Shown here piece after piece: positions 1 to 13,848 of a DNA stretch of 64,000 nt. The notes beneath the pieces were generated by a model that saw nothing but the letters and a program-made list of their open reading frames with translations, was not told the DNA's origin and searched no databases. The position numbers and the translations under genes were made by a program. The stretch's first letter is position 1. Every line of letters starts with the position of its first letter. This DNA is from the human T2T-CHM13v2.0 reference genome, Homo sapiens. The stretch lies in the NCBI RefSeq assembly GCF_009914755.1, contig NC_060927.1. One strand, 5' to 3'.

Positions 1-1108
1 CAGACAGCACTCCAGGCAGGACCGGCCTAAGCAAAAGCGCAGAGGGCTCAGCATGGGCCATGTCCAGATGGCAACACAGATCCAGTTTGGCCACAATGGG
101 AAGTGAAACAGAGCACAAGAACATGAGCTTCCAAGTCAGACAGTGCTGTGCTCAACTCGCAGCTCTGCCCTCTCTGAGAGAGGGATGTCAGCAGGTAACT
201 TAACCTCCAACAGCCATGGTTTTCTTATCTGTAAATCAGGAATTGCAACACCCCCCTCTGCCCCAGGGGTCATTGTGGGGACTGAATAGTGGAAATATTA
301 AACTACTACATGAACTCTTCGAGGAGCAGGAGGCTCCGTTGACACCCTAGTTTTTATTATACAAGCAGAAATATTAAGGCTACTTCTGCAGCCACTGGTT
401 CTCAAAGTCAGATCCCTGATCAGCAGCATCCCATTACCTGCGAGCCTGCTAGGAATGCAGAATCTCAGGCCCCAACCCCAACCCAGACCTGCTGAATCAG
501 AAATTCTGGGTGCGGCATCCAGCAGTGTATATTAATGAAGGGAGCTGAGGCACATGAAAACCTGAAAACCTCTGGGTTAAGCCAACAGAGGAATTTATTT
601 TAAGGGTACAGGAGCTCTTCATGGAATTCAAAGACAGGTGCAGCAGGGCCTCAAAAAAGGGCGGCTGACAGAGATGGGAGACTGGGGCAACAAGGATCTC
701 CTTCTGCTTCTCTCATCTCAACTTATCTTTTAACCTCTGCCTCTCTCTTCCTGTGGCTGCGAATAAGCTTTCTTTATGTCTTACTTCCACCAGCTGAGGG
801 TTTCTATCGTAAAGGGTGAAATCTGAGAGGCTGAAATCTGTTTGTCTCCACTCCAGGTCACCCTGGAAGCCGCTCATTGGCCCAGATGGAGTTCGGTGCC
901 TCTACCTGGGCCGCTTAATGTGGTTTAGAGGCTGAGACACTTAGTCTGAGTATAGGTGCTCTTGCCCAAACCAAATGGATGAAAGTGAGGTGCCGATTCA
1001 ATGGGGTCTCCTATGCTAGGAACACCAGCCAGTCAGGTGCTGGAGAAAGAGATCAAGTTGAGACTGTGGAATTTAGGAGACTGTGGCTTTGAGACTAGTT
1101 CCATAGAA

Positions 1109-1267
1109 CAGTGGTTCTCAAAGTGTGATCCCCAGACCAGCAGTCTCAGCCACATGATGTCAGAAGTGCAGTCTTGGCCCCAACCTACCCCAGAGCTACT
1201 AAACCAGAAACTCTCTTGGTGGCCTTGTCAATCCTTGCTTTAACAAGGACAAGTTAGAGAACCACTG
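1109..1267. mobile_element. MER5A-like hAT-Charlie MITE (related fragments at ~395-540, ~19810-19900, ~23990-24165, ~24825-25000)
   Basis: Terminal inverted repeats CAGTGGTTCTC / GAGAACCACTG. Confidence 0.7.
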
Positions 1268-2230
1268 TCAGGGAGGGCACAGAAAGAGGTAAAAAAAAAA
1301 AAAAAAACTTTTAAATGAGAGAGACACATCATTTCTGTAGCCTCGTCCGTCTTTCACTCCATTTTCTTAGAATCATAATGAAACAGGCAAACGAGACATC
1401 AGAGGAAAACACATCCAGGGTGATGGCTCCCCCTTCTTTTCTTTCCTTAGTGCACAGTGCACATAGTAAAAGACAACTTCCCAAATTATGCAGGCTGTTA
1501 GAGCTGGAATAGAGCCTGATCTTCCCTCTTTACTTTTGGGGAAACCAAGGTCCTGAGGGATAGCATTTCAGAACCAGTGTCTCATTTACTGGCAGAGAAG
1601 GGACTGAATCTCAGGCCCCCTAACTTCAAGCAGTCATGATTTAAAAATGGAACTTGTCTAAGTCAAAGAGAAAAGTAACTGAGAAAGTAGATTCAAAGGA
1701 AGTCATACAAGACCTGCATAGAAAATTAAAAGCAATGCAGCCCTGGCCAGTGGAGTTAGCATCTACAGTGTCATTTTGTGGAATCCCAAACCGAATTATC
1801 AATCCCCGACATCCATGGTCAAGCCTTAAATTCCATCGTTATGATGACTAAGAGCTTTTTTCACTCACCACAAACCAGGTAAACCTAAACCACTGCCACC
1901 TCAAAATTAGAACATCCAAGGCTTTAACAAGAAAGGAAAAGAGAGGAGAGGAAGGAGACATCTTGTAGAGACATAACAAAAGAAAAAGACAGCTCATAAG
2001 TTCTTATATTGAAGTAGATCTGCCAAGTATCCAACAAGGGAAAAACAGCTAGAACATTGCACAGAGTTGTGAAAATCACCTACTTTAAAGTCTGAGCTTT
2101 GTAAAACTGCAAAAAGAGAGATACTCTTGGCAGTTAGTGTGTCAGCCTTAATAAAAGGAAGTGGCAAGTCTAGCCTGTGTCAGGGTGGATTAGCATGGCC
2201 TGTGTGGGATGCAAAAAGGACAGCAGACGA

Positions 2231-2269
<39 letters not shown>

Positions 2270-3411
2270 ATGAATATTACAAGGATTAAAAAAGAGGAAC
2301 CAGACTGAACCAAAACGAAGAGATCTTTCTTTGGTCTTAGCTATGGGTTTTACCAAGATGTGGATGAGGAGGGGTGGGTATGGCTGGTTGTGCAGGTTGC
2401 CCTAAACAGTTGCACTGGCACTCTTGCCAGTGGGATAGGTGCAGACTAAGTCCATCTGGTGCTCTGCTCATCAATCCATGCTCAGACCAGCCCGAGGGGA
2501 CGGGGTGGTGAATGTTCCTAATCTTCCAAGGCCAGCAACAGGCTGAGGTTATAAGTGACAGAATCACCTAGCTGGCTTGCTTTTGATACTTGTTCTTTGA
2601 TAGATGTATGTTCAAATTAACTGTTGGCAACCTGTACATTTCAAAGAATGACTTCGAGTCTTTTCAACTAATTTTCTTATTTTCTTCATAAACTTCCAAA
2701 CTCAGGATATCCAATCAACCCTTTAGAGTCAATGGCTTGGTGCCTAGACAGAGCAAAATGAGAATCTCCCTTTCACAGAATGACACGAAGGAACAGATTC
2801 CCTCTTACGAAGAAGCACCAATTACAGGATAATCCCTTTTTTCTGGAGCCAGATTCAAACTCAAATTATTATTATTTTGTTTAATTTCATTGCTTGTTTC
2901 TGAAAATGCTTTTTTTGTGGGGGTGGGGATCCTTAGGGATTTTGCTGTTCTGGTTCGGGGTTTGCTTTCCTACTGCCTTTCATGATACCTCCATGCTTGC
3001 TGTGACTAGGATCCATCAAGCACCCTTTACTTTTAGAAATTCTTCCCAAACACTCAAAATTACAGAAGCAGAAATAGCAGTGTCCTCCTCTCTCCAACAA
3101 GGAACAGGAAAGAAACTTGCCTGAAAAGGAGAAGCTGGTTTCCAATAAGTACAAACTAGAAGAGATGACTTGTTTGCTGTTTGGAAATTTGGAACCTTCG
3201 CAACTAGACTGTTTGTGGCAGTGAGGCTGGTGCCACCCATGTGCTTAGCATCAATAGTGTGGCCTGGGGCTACGTCTACGACCTGACCACTTAACACCAT
3301 CGCGACTGCTACTGTCCTCGTCCAAGCCACCATCACAGGTGGGGCTTGCTTCCCTCCTCTGCCCTTCCTGTAATAGGCTATGCTCAGTGCAGCAGCCAGA
3401 GATCCTGTTAA

Positions 3412-4048
<637 letters not shown>

Positions 4049-4726
4049 TAATTTAAATTTCTACCCACATGGTGGGAGATGGTAGCTTTTGTCACGTTCT
4101 CTCCAATACTTGGCTTTATCACATATTTTAATTTTTACTAATCAGATGTGTGGGAAATGTGAACCCAACACAGGTTCAATCTACATTTTATTGATTATAA
4201 TGAAAGTTGAGCTTATTTTCATGTTTATTGGTTATTTATATTTCCTATTCTGGAAATCTGCTGGGAAAGAGAGGAAACTGAGATAATGCGATTTCTTTAA
4301 AAGTTTATTCAGTTTTTCTATTTCTCATGAGTTGATTTTGGAAATGCATAATCTTCTAGAAAGTTATTCATTTCATCCAAATTTCCAAATGAATTGGCGT
4401 AAAGTTACTCCCTCTGTTCTCTCCTGAGGCCTACCCTCTATCCCATTTAGCTATCTTTTGTTGTTGCTTTAATATTACTTATTTGTACCTTTTCTCATTT
4501 CTTTTCATCACTCTTGTTAAAGGTGAGTTAATTAAGACTGAATAGCCTCAGATTAGGCTACTCACAGAGTTATGAAAAGAAGTTGCAGTTTTCAGAATCT
4601 TAGATTTCAGAAGAGTAAATGGCAAACTATGGATCCATGTTTTCATTTTCATTTAGTTTTAAATATTTTGTAACTTTTGTTCTGCTTTCATTTTAACTCA
4701 TAAGTCCTTTAGAAATTTACTTATTA

Positions 4727-5035
4727 TTTTATTTTATTATTATTATTATTTTTGAGATGGAGTCTCGCTCTGTCGCCCAGGCTGGAGTGTGGTAGTGTGA
4801 TCTTGGCTCACTGCAACCTGCACCTCCCAGGTTGAAGTGATTCTCCTGCCTCAGCCTCCCGAGTAGCTGGGATTACAGGCACCCACCACCACACCCAGCT
4901 AATTTTTGTATTTTTAGTAGAGACAGGGTTTCACCATGTTGCCCAGGCTGGTCTCCAGCTCCTGACCTCAAGTGATCCACCTGCCTCGCCCTCCCAAAAT
5001 GCTGGAATTACAGGTGTGAGCCACCACACCTGGCC
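4727..5035 (-). mobile_element. Alu (AluS-like) with (TTA)n tail
   Basis: Alu consensus in antisense. Confidence 0.9.
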
Positions 5036-6179
5036 AGAAACTTATTTTTAGCTTCCAAACACATGTTCTTCTGCTTTTTGCAATCTATATGAAGGTGATT
5101 TTTAATCTAATAAACTGGTCAGAAAGTGTGGTCTGTATGATACAGTTACTTGCAAACTTGCTAATAAGTCTAGTATAAATGTACACATGGTCAGCTTTTC
5201 TGTAAGTTCTGTGTCTTCTCTGTTTCATAACATCTGAGCTGGCAGGCCATGAATGGGCTATGAGTATGTTGTAGCGTATTGATTTATTCAGCCCTAGGAC
5301 AGCTGGGCAATGCCTTATCATGAGCGCCATAGTCTGGGGTTCCTCAGAGGGCAGCCCTGGCTCAGGAAGCTCACCCCGGGTGGCAGGCACAAGAGGCTTA
5401 TTCAGCCTTTGCTGCTCTATGGTATGTGCTAAGCCCAGGGATGACATCCACATCACCAGCCAGTTACAGAGCCCTTGACTGCCAATCCAGAACAAGGGGT
5501 CTGTCAAATCGCAGGAGGAGTTTGTCCATGTTACAGGTGTCCAGGAACCCGGAGCACAGCCCAGGTCTCCAGTAGAGTTGGGGGCTAGGGAGGCTCAGTC
5601 AGGGCTCCTGGAAGATATAGCTCCTGGCGGCAGCACCCATTCTCTGTTTTACATATTTTGGTCACTTCCCTCCATTGTGGCTGTTGTGCCCTTTTAGTGG
5701 CATCCCGACCATTTGCAGGGTGACCATTCTAACAATATATGCATGATTTGTGAAGTAGCACTGCATCATGTTAAAAACCCTACATGTGAAGCATTTGATA
5801 CCTTTGATATTTGTCTGTATTTCAAATTTCAAGATATTTCAACATTATATTTTCTAATGAAAGATAACTATTAGATCCTTCAAATATCATTTCAACTGTT
5901 GCAAACTTTTGAATGATTCTAAACATTTTGCTTTCATTTTTGTCACTTATTTGAATAAAGCTTCTCATTGATCACGATTATCACAAATTTGAAATTATTA
6001 ACAGGAAAAATCTTGATTTGAAATGTGCTTAGCAATTTTAAGTGTAAAATATGATAAAGCCTTATGTCTGTGGGAGCAACCTCATTTCTGATGTAAAAAT
6101 TGGAAAATATTTTATCTGTAAAATTTTTGAAAAGTCAGTATTTAACATTTTATAATGCTGTGAATTTTGTATTTCTTCT

Positions 6180-7670
6180 TGTTATATTAACAAAATGAAA
6201 ATTACCTTCTTGGCAGATTGTTTCTTTAATGTTATGTAGTTTTTCTCTTTCTCAAATTAAACCTTTTGCCTTAAATTCTATTTGATGTTACTCTTCAGCA
6301 TGATTTTGGTGAATTTTTTTTCTAGAATACCTCTCCATCCCTTTATTTTCAGTCTTCCTATGTGCTTTTGTTATAGGAGCTCTTGTATAAGCAGTGTCTG
6401 AAAGTCTACGTCCTTAAGAAATTATGTTATTCCATTACTTTTTAACTTTTTTTTGATTACGGATATAATCAGACTCGCTTTAGCTAATCTGTTTTGTTTT
6501 CTGTTGACCAACTTTTTCCTTTCTTAAATCTCTTCCCTTGTCTTTAGTCTGCTTTTCCCCCTGGAATTTATACAGTGTAGTCAATTCTCTTTGAAGTTAC
6601 TCTTATTTTTCTTTGTTTTAAAAAACATCCATCTTGAATTACAGATTTTTCTAACAGATTCTAAAGTTTTTCAATATTTCTATTTTTCTTCTCAACGCGA
6701 CATAAATTTTTGCACACTTTGCTCAATGAGCATTACCTCCCTACTATCTAGTCATTGCTGCCCTGAGGTTTAGGGGATTTTGTTTAGGTGGTTTTCTTTT
6801 ACATTTCTAAACAACGTAAGTTTTCTTCCATCAGCAGTTAAATTTACCAATCTATTTTTATCAGTTTCTGTCCTTACAGCCATTTCTTGTATGTCATGAT
6901 TTTCTTCTAGGTTCACTTTTCTTCTTGTGGAAGCACATTTTAAAAATAGTTCTTTTAATGAGTGCCTGTAAAGAGTAAAATCCCTTAATCCTTGTATGTC
7001 TTAAGATGTCTTTGATTTGTCTTCACTCTTGAATAACAATTTAGCAGGGTGTAAAATTCTATGTTGATAGTCATTTTCCTTGAACACCTTGTCATCTGGC
7101 ATAAAACCAATCTTTTCTCGATGATGTCTTTCAAGGGATTCTCTACATCATTAATGTGCTACAATTTCACAATAATATATCTAGGCATATGTTGAATAGA
7201 ACATTCATGTCCTCCAATTCTAGAATAATTATTAGTTATTAATTTTTACGATGTTAGTTTTCACTGATCCCCTTCTCTCTTATTTTTTGAAACACCACGC
7301 AAATGTCAGTCTCTCAATCTATTCTCTAGTCTCTTATTAGTTCTCCCACATAAAATATCTTTGCTCCTTTGAGCTATGTCCTGGGTGGGTTTCTCCATAT
7401 TAATTTCCAATTCATGGATTTTCTTTGTGTGTAGTTTGGAGAGCATTATTTTCCATTTTGATGACAATAATCTTAATTTCTAAGATTTTACTATTTTTGA
7501 TTTGTTCTTTTTCATATACTCCTTCTTTTTGTGTCATTTCTTCCCATATTATTTTGTAGTCATTGCTCTATTTTAGTATCAAGTAATTCCTTCATTTGTT
7601 TCTCCAGAATAACAAAATACAGTAATTTTAAAGTCTTTTTTCAATTAATTCATCATTAATTTCATCTGGA
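6180..7670 (-). mobile_element. Old, degenerate L1 fragments
   Basis: T-rich antisense L1 signature (cttcactcttgaataacaatttagcagggtgtaaaattct). Confidence 0.55.
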
Positions 7671-8341
7671 GTAAATCTGAATCAGGATGATTCTGGACAC
7701 AACTATCACAAAAGCTAACCAAAATTAATAGATTAAACAAAAAGGGGAGTTATTGTTTCACATAACAAAACATCCTGAGTTAAGATAATAAGACAATAAT
7801 CAATCATAAGCAATATTTTAAGATAAGAAATCTACATGCGTTGCTTATTTATATCCTATAGCTAATAAAGAAATCATAATGCCCTTTTAATTACAAGTGT
7901 CTATACCTTCAGAAATAAAAAAAAACAATTTAAATTTTAGTACCAAGTACAATAAATTATAAAGTAACAGAACCAATTTAGCAAATCAGACTTTTGATAC
8001 TTAAAGTGATATTTCATAGTAATTATAGTTATATCTAAAGTCTAGGTATCTTGAAAATCTCTGTTAAAAACACACTGCAAGAATGATTTTTTATGATAAA
8101 AGAAAAAGGTGGTCACAATTAGCAAATTTTCTCATCCAGTCTTTACCAGACAAAAATGTAGGACCAATATTCTTGTGAATGTTCTCTGCTTAATACATTA
8201 TTGGAATTGACTTTTTAATTACCTTTATGGTTTAGAATTTTGTCTGCCCTCTACAGCTGCAGAGAGGTGGTATATTTTAAATTGGGGTGTCTATATGTTC
8301 GCTGCTAGTATATAGAAGCACACCTGATCTTTTAAAAAACA

Positions 8342-8623
8342 ATTTTTTTGAGACAAAGTCTCGCCCAAGCTGGAGTACAGTGGCACGATCTTGGCTCACT
8401 GCAGCCTCCCTCTCCCCAGTTCAAGTGATTCTTGTGTGTCAGCCTCCCCAGTAGCTGAGATTACAGGCACATGCCACCAAGCCCAGCTAATTTTTACAGT
8501 TTTAGTAGAGATGGGGTTTTGCCATGTTGGCCAGGCTGGTCTCGAACTCCTGGCCTCAAGTGATCCACCTGCCTCAGACTCCCAAAGTCCTGGGTTTATA
8601 AGTATGAGCCATGGTGCCCAGCC
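8342..8623 (-). mobile_element. Alu
   Basis: Alu consensus in antisense. Confidence 0.88.
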
Positions 8624-9360
8624 ATAACTGATCTTTATTTGCTTGTCTATAGTTCTCTATTATTGTACTGACTTTCTCTGGTTTTGGTGTCAAGGTAATT
8701 CTAGATATAAAAAATTACAAGTATTCCTTCCTTTTCTATTTTCTTGGAGAGATTACATAGCACTGGTTTCCCCCAGTGAAACCATATAGACCTGGAGATT
8801 CCTTTTTTGGGAATTTCAAGAATTATGGATTCCATTTCCTTAATAGTTAGAGAGAATATTAAAATTTTCTGTGTCACACGGGGTGAGTTAAGGTAGTTTG
8901 TGTTTTTCAAAGAATTGGTCCATTTCATTGAAGTTGTGAAATTTATATGTGTAGAGTTGTCCATAGTGTTCCCTTATTTTCCTTTTGATTTCTTTGGGGT
9001 CTGTAATGATACCCCTTGTTTAATTCCTGATATTGGTAATTTGTGTCTTCTTGCTTTTTCTCTTTGTCAGTCTTACTAGAGGCTGTCAATGTTAGTAATC
9101 TTTTAGAAGAACAAGCTCGTATTTTCCTGATTTTCTTCGTCATTTTTCTCTTTTCAGCTTCATTGATTTCTGCTCTTATTTTTATTATTTTCTTGTTTTT
9201 CTTGCTTTGAGTTTATTTAGCTCTTCTTTTCCCAGCTTCTTGAGGGAGCAAAATAACTGATAGGAGATTTTTTCCTCTTTCCCAATATACACATTTAGTG
9301 CTATAAATTTCTCTCTCAGCATTGCTTTAGCAGTGTCTCACAGATTTGGGTATGTTGTAT

Positions 9361-9685
<325 letters not shown>

Positions 9686-9789
9686 TCAGTTCATTGTATT
9701 TTTAAATTTCCCTTAAGACTTTCTTTTTGGTGCGTAGATTATTTATAAGTGTACCGTGTAGTTTCCAAATGTTTGTTGATATTTCTGTT

Positions 9790-10095
9790 TTCTTTTTTGG
9801 GTGGAGGGAGGGGGACAGAGTCTCATTCTGTCACCCAGGCTGGAGTGCAGTGGCACAATCTTGGCTTACTGCAACCTCCACCTCCTGGATTCAAGTGATT
9901 CTCCTGCTTCAGCTTCCTAAGTAGCTGGGACTACAGGCACGCACCACCATGCCCGGCTGATTTTTGTGGGTTTTGGCAGAGATGGGGTTTTCACCATGTT
10001 AGTCAGGCTGGTCTTGAACTCCTGACCTCAAGTGATCTACCTGTCTCGGCCTCCCAGAGTGCTGGGATTACAGGTGTGAGCCACTGTGCCCAGAC
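9790..10095 (-). mobile_element. Alu
   Basis: Alu consensus in antisense. Confidence 0.88.
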
Positions 10096-11809
10096 TGTTA
10101 TCTTTTTATTATTGATTTTTATTTTGATTCCATTGTTATCTGAGAACACACCCTGTGTTATTTTAACTCTTTCAAAGAGTTGAGGCTTGTTTTATTGCCT
10201 AGAACATAATCAACCTGGGTAAATAACCTGTGGATGCTTATAAAGAATATGTATTCTACTGTCATTTTGCTGAAATGTTCTTTAAATGTCAATGAGATCC
10301 TGTTGGTTGATGATGTTATTAAGTTCTATAATCTTATAATTTTTTTATCTAATTGTTTTATCAGTAGTTGAGAGAAGGATTTTGAAGTCTCCAGCTATAG
10401 TTGTTGATTTATCTCTTACTCCTTTTATTTTTTTTCCATGTTTTCTTCACATATTTCACAACTTTAATGTTTGGTGCACACACATTTAAGATTTCTATGT
10501 CTTCTTGGGAGAGTGACATTTTTATCCATTTGTAATGTCCCTCTCTGCCCCTGTTATTTTTCTTTGCTCTGAAGTCTTCTTTATGTGATATTGAGACAGG
10601 CACCACTATTTCTTTTGTTTTTTTTTTTCTTTAATGCCCCCACACCTATTTTTTGAGTAATATTTGCATGATATATCTTTTTCCATCCTTTTATTTTTGA
10701 TCTACATATATCATTATTTTGAAGTGAGATTCTTGTAGACCGCATATAGTTGAGTCACATTTTAAAATCCATACTACCAATCTTTGTTTTTAAATAGGTG
10801 CACTTAGATCATTTACATTTAAAGTAATTATTGACATATTAGGGCTTATGTCTGCCATTTATTTTTAATTCCTGTTTGTTCTCTCTGTTTTTCATTTCTG
10901 TTTTTCTTCTGCCTTTCTGTCGGATATTAGAGCATTTTTTTAGAATTCCATTTTGATTTATCCATGTTTTTTTACCTTTTAAGTTGTTGCTCTGGGTATT
11001 ATGTGACAAATACATTAATTATCACAGTCTACTGGTACCAACTTTCACCCATTCAAAGGATGTACAGAAGCCTTATCTCCCTATCCTTCTAGCCTATATA
11101 CTGTCTTAAATATTTCCTCTACACACATTTCAGACTATCAGTGTTACAATTTTTGTTTCAACCAGCAAATACAATTTAGAAAGCTCATGAGCTGGAAGAA
11201 AATGTACTGCACTTACCTATAATTTTAGTCTTTTTGCTGTTCTTGCCTCCTTCTTCATGTTTTGTCACTTCCCTTTGGTTCAGAGAACTCCCTTTAGACA
11301 TTCTCTTATGATAGTCTTATTTGCTAGTGACAAATCCTTTCTTTCTCTTCATCTGATAATGTCTTGATTTTCCTTGCATTCTTGAAGGATATTTTCACTG
11401 GATATAGGATTCTAGATTGATGGTTCTTTTCTTGCAGCAATTAAAAAATGTTGTGCCACTAACTTTGGGCCTTATGATTTCCAATGAAAAATTCACTGTC
11501 ATTTAAGCTGCTTGTCCTCTACTGTGTTTCTCTCTGGCTTTCAATATTTTTTTGTTCTCTATCTTTAGTTTTCAGAGGTTTGATTATAATATGTCTTGGT
11601 GTGGATTTCTTTGGGTTTATCTTGTTTGGGATACACTCAGCTTCTTTAATTTGTAAGCTTATGTCTTTTGCCAAATTTATAAAGTTTTTACCCATTATTA
11701 CTCTAAATATCTTTTTAGCCTCATTTTCTTTTTTTTCTCCTTGTGGGACTCATAACATAAATTTTAGATCTTTTGTTGTAATTCCACAGGCTCCTGAGGC
11801 TCTGTTCAT

Positions 11810-12130
11810 TTTTTTTATTATTTATTTATTTAGTTAGTTAGTTATTTTTGAAACAGAGTCTTGTTCTGTCGCCCAGGCTGGAATGCAGTGGCACGATCTA
11901 GGCTCACTGCAACCTCCACTTCCTGGGTTCAAGTGATTCTCCTGCTTCAGCCTCCTGAGTAGCTGGGAATACAGGCACACACCACCATGCCTGGCTAATT
12001 TTTGTGTTTTTAGTAGAGATGGGTTTCACCACGTTGGTCAGGCTGGTCTCAAATTCCTGGCCCTGAGTGATCTGCCCGCCTTGGCCTCCCAAAGTGCTGG
12101 GATTACAGGCGCGGGCCACCACGCCTGGCC
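11810..12130 (-). mobile_element. Alu
   Basis: Alu consensus in antisense with a (TTTA/TTAG) tail. Confidence 0.88.
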
Positions 12131-12252
12131 ATAATTTTTTTTTTTAATTTTCTGTCTGTTGTTCAGATTAGGTCATTTCTATTGTTCATTCTTCCAGTTC
12201 ACTGATTCTTTTCTCTGTCTCCTCCATTCTGCTCTTGAACCCATCCAGTCAG

Positions 12253-13848
12253 TTTTTTTCTAACATTTAAGCAAAATGTTTTATTGACTTTAGGTAAGCT
12301 GGGAATAATTGCCTACATTTATGCTTTAAGGCATTTTACCTCATTGTAAAAAAAAAAAAAAAAACAAAACACACAAAGATAAATGTTAGATACTTCTGGC
12401 TTTCATGTGTTTGAGGCTCTGGGCTGAGAGAATGTTCAGCCCTTTCCTATAATATGTGCTTCTGTATTACAACTCATCAACCAAAGGTGTATGTTCCAAA
12501 TTTCCACTTGTTGCCATTAACAAGTAGAAGTTTGTTTCTAGCCAGAAGCAAACTTCTTTGCAGAATTGATGATGACAGCACTAGCCAACCAACTAATCTA
12601 CTGAAGGACTGGTGATATTGGCTTGTAAGAACCAGTAACTACAGCCTGGGGCCTGACTTCTTCTATGAAACCCTCGGAAGACTTCACTTATATTTGGTAT
12701 CCAGCTTTCAGTTTGTTCTTGGCAGCCTGGACATTGAAAAGCTTTTCTTGAGCAATTATTTCCACTTGGTTATAGGCAGCCTTGATAACATCTCCAGCAG
12801 CTGCAGCCTGGAAGACAATGTACATCCTGAAGAGTCCAAAATTGGAGTAACTAGCATTAAAAACAGAAATAGCAAGTGGCTGGTGAATTGCCTTGGCAAT
12901 AGCCTGCTATAGATAGCTGGTGGCATCACTGTGCCCCTTGACATATGGTGTCCCTCTTGATATGCTGAAAAACACTAAATGCATTTGCTGTGCCCTTCTT
13001 GTGGCAGCACTTTCTGCTACAAGAGCAAGCATGGACAAGACTGTCTCCATTTTGTTCCTGAATTTCACCTCCAGAGTATTTGGCTTTTGTACCAGACAAA
13101 AGAAACCCACCCCTCCTGTTGAGAAACTATTCAGCAACTTGCTTTAGAACACGGTGACTCACACCAAGTCCAACCAAGCCATTCTTGCACTTGTGAAGTG
13201 GTTCTAAACATAGTAATGTAACTCTTCCCATGTCACTTTTCCAATCCTATAGCCAGGACAATACAAGGAATTAGCCAAGGCATCCCAATAAGCTTCAGTA
13301 AGCAAATTTTCAATGACATGTGCCTGTGGATTCTGAAAATTCACAGATCTGTCTATCCTTAGCTGAGACTGAAGGCATCTACTTCCCAATGACCAAATCC
13401 TGGTGCTGTGGCGACACTGACCAGGAACTCCATTAGAATATCAATATCACTCTGCAGACATTCCATGATGTAAGCTATGTTTTCTCTTGTTGCAATTACA
13501 CTTAATTTACCACCAGCTGCTTCAATGTCATGGGCTATCTTGAAAAATGAAGCTCCTTTCGTAGTCAAACTGGATGCAAGACACAGCAAATGAGAAGTTA
13601 CTAAATTGTTGGAGTCCTCATAGCTACTGCCTGCTTTAATGAACAAACCAATTCTTGATGCAGGGCATAGTTTTCCAAAGGAGAAATCATAAAACCATTT
13701 GGAAATTTGATGATCTCAAGGTCCTGATGATGTGGAGCCACTCCTATGGGGGTAGCTGTGGCTTTAACTTTGGGGGCAACTTTGAGGGAATAAAGTCTCA
13801 AAAAGAGGGAATAAAGTCTCAAGATTGTTCGTGACCCATAGTAACTTC
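12253..13848 (-). pseudogene. UQCRC2P1: Processed pseudogene of UQCRC2 (complex III core protein 2)
   Basis: Minus-strand frameshifted ORFs match UQCRC2: [31 protein letters not shown]...[29 protein letters not shown]. No introns; stop at 12467-12469; AATAAA (- strand) at 12280-12285; short poly-A at 12253-12259; degenerate TSD ccatccagtcagttttt / ccattcagcaagttttt. Confidence 0.95.
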
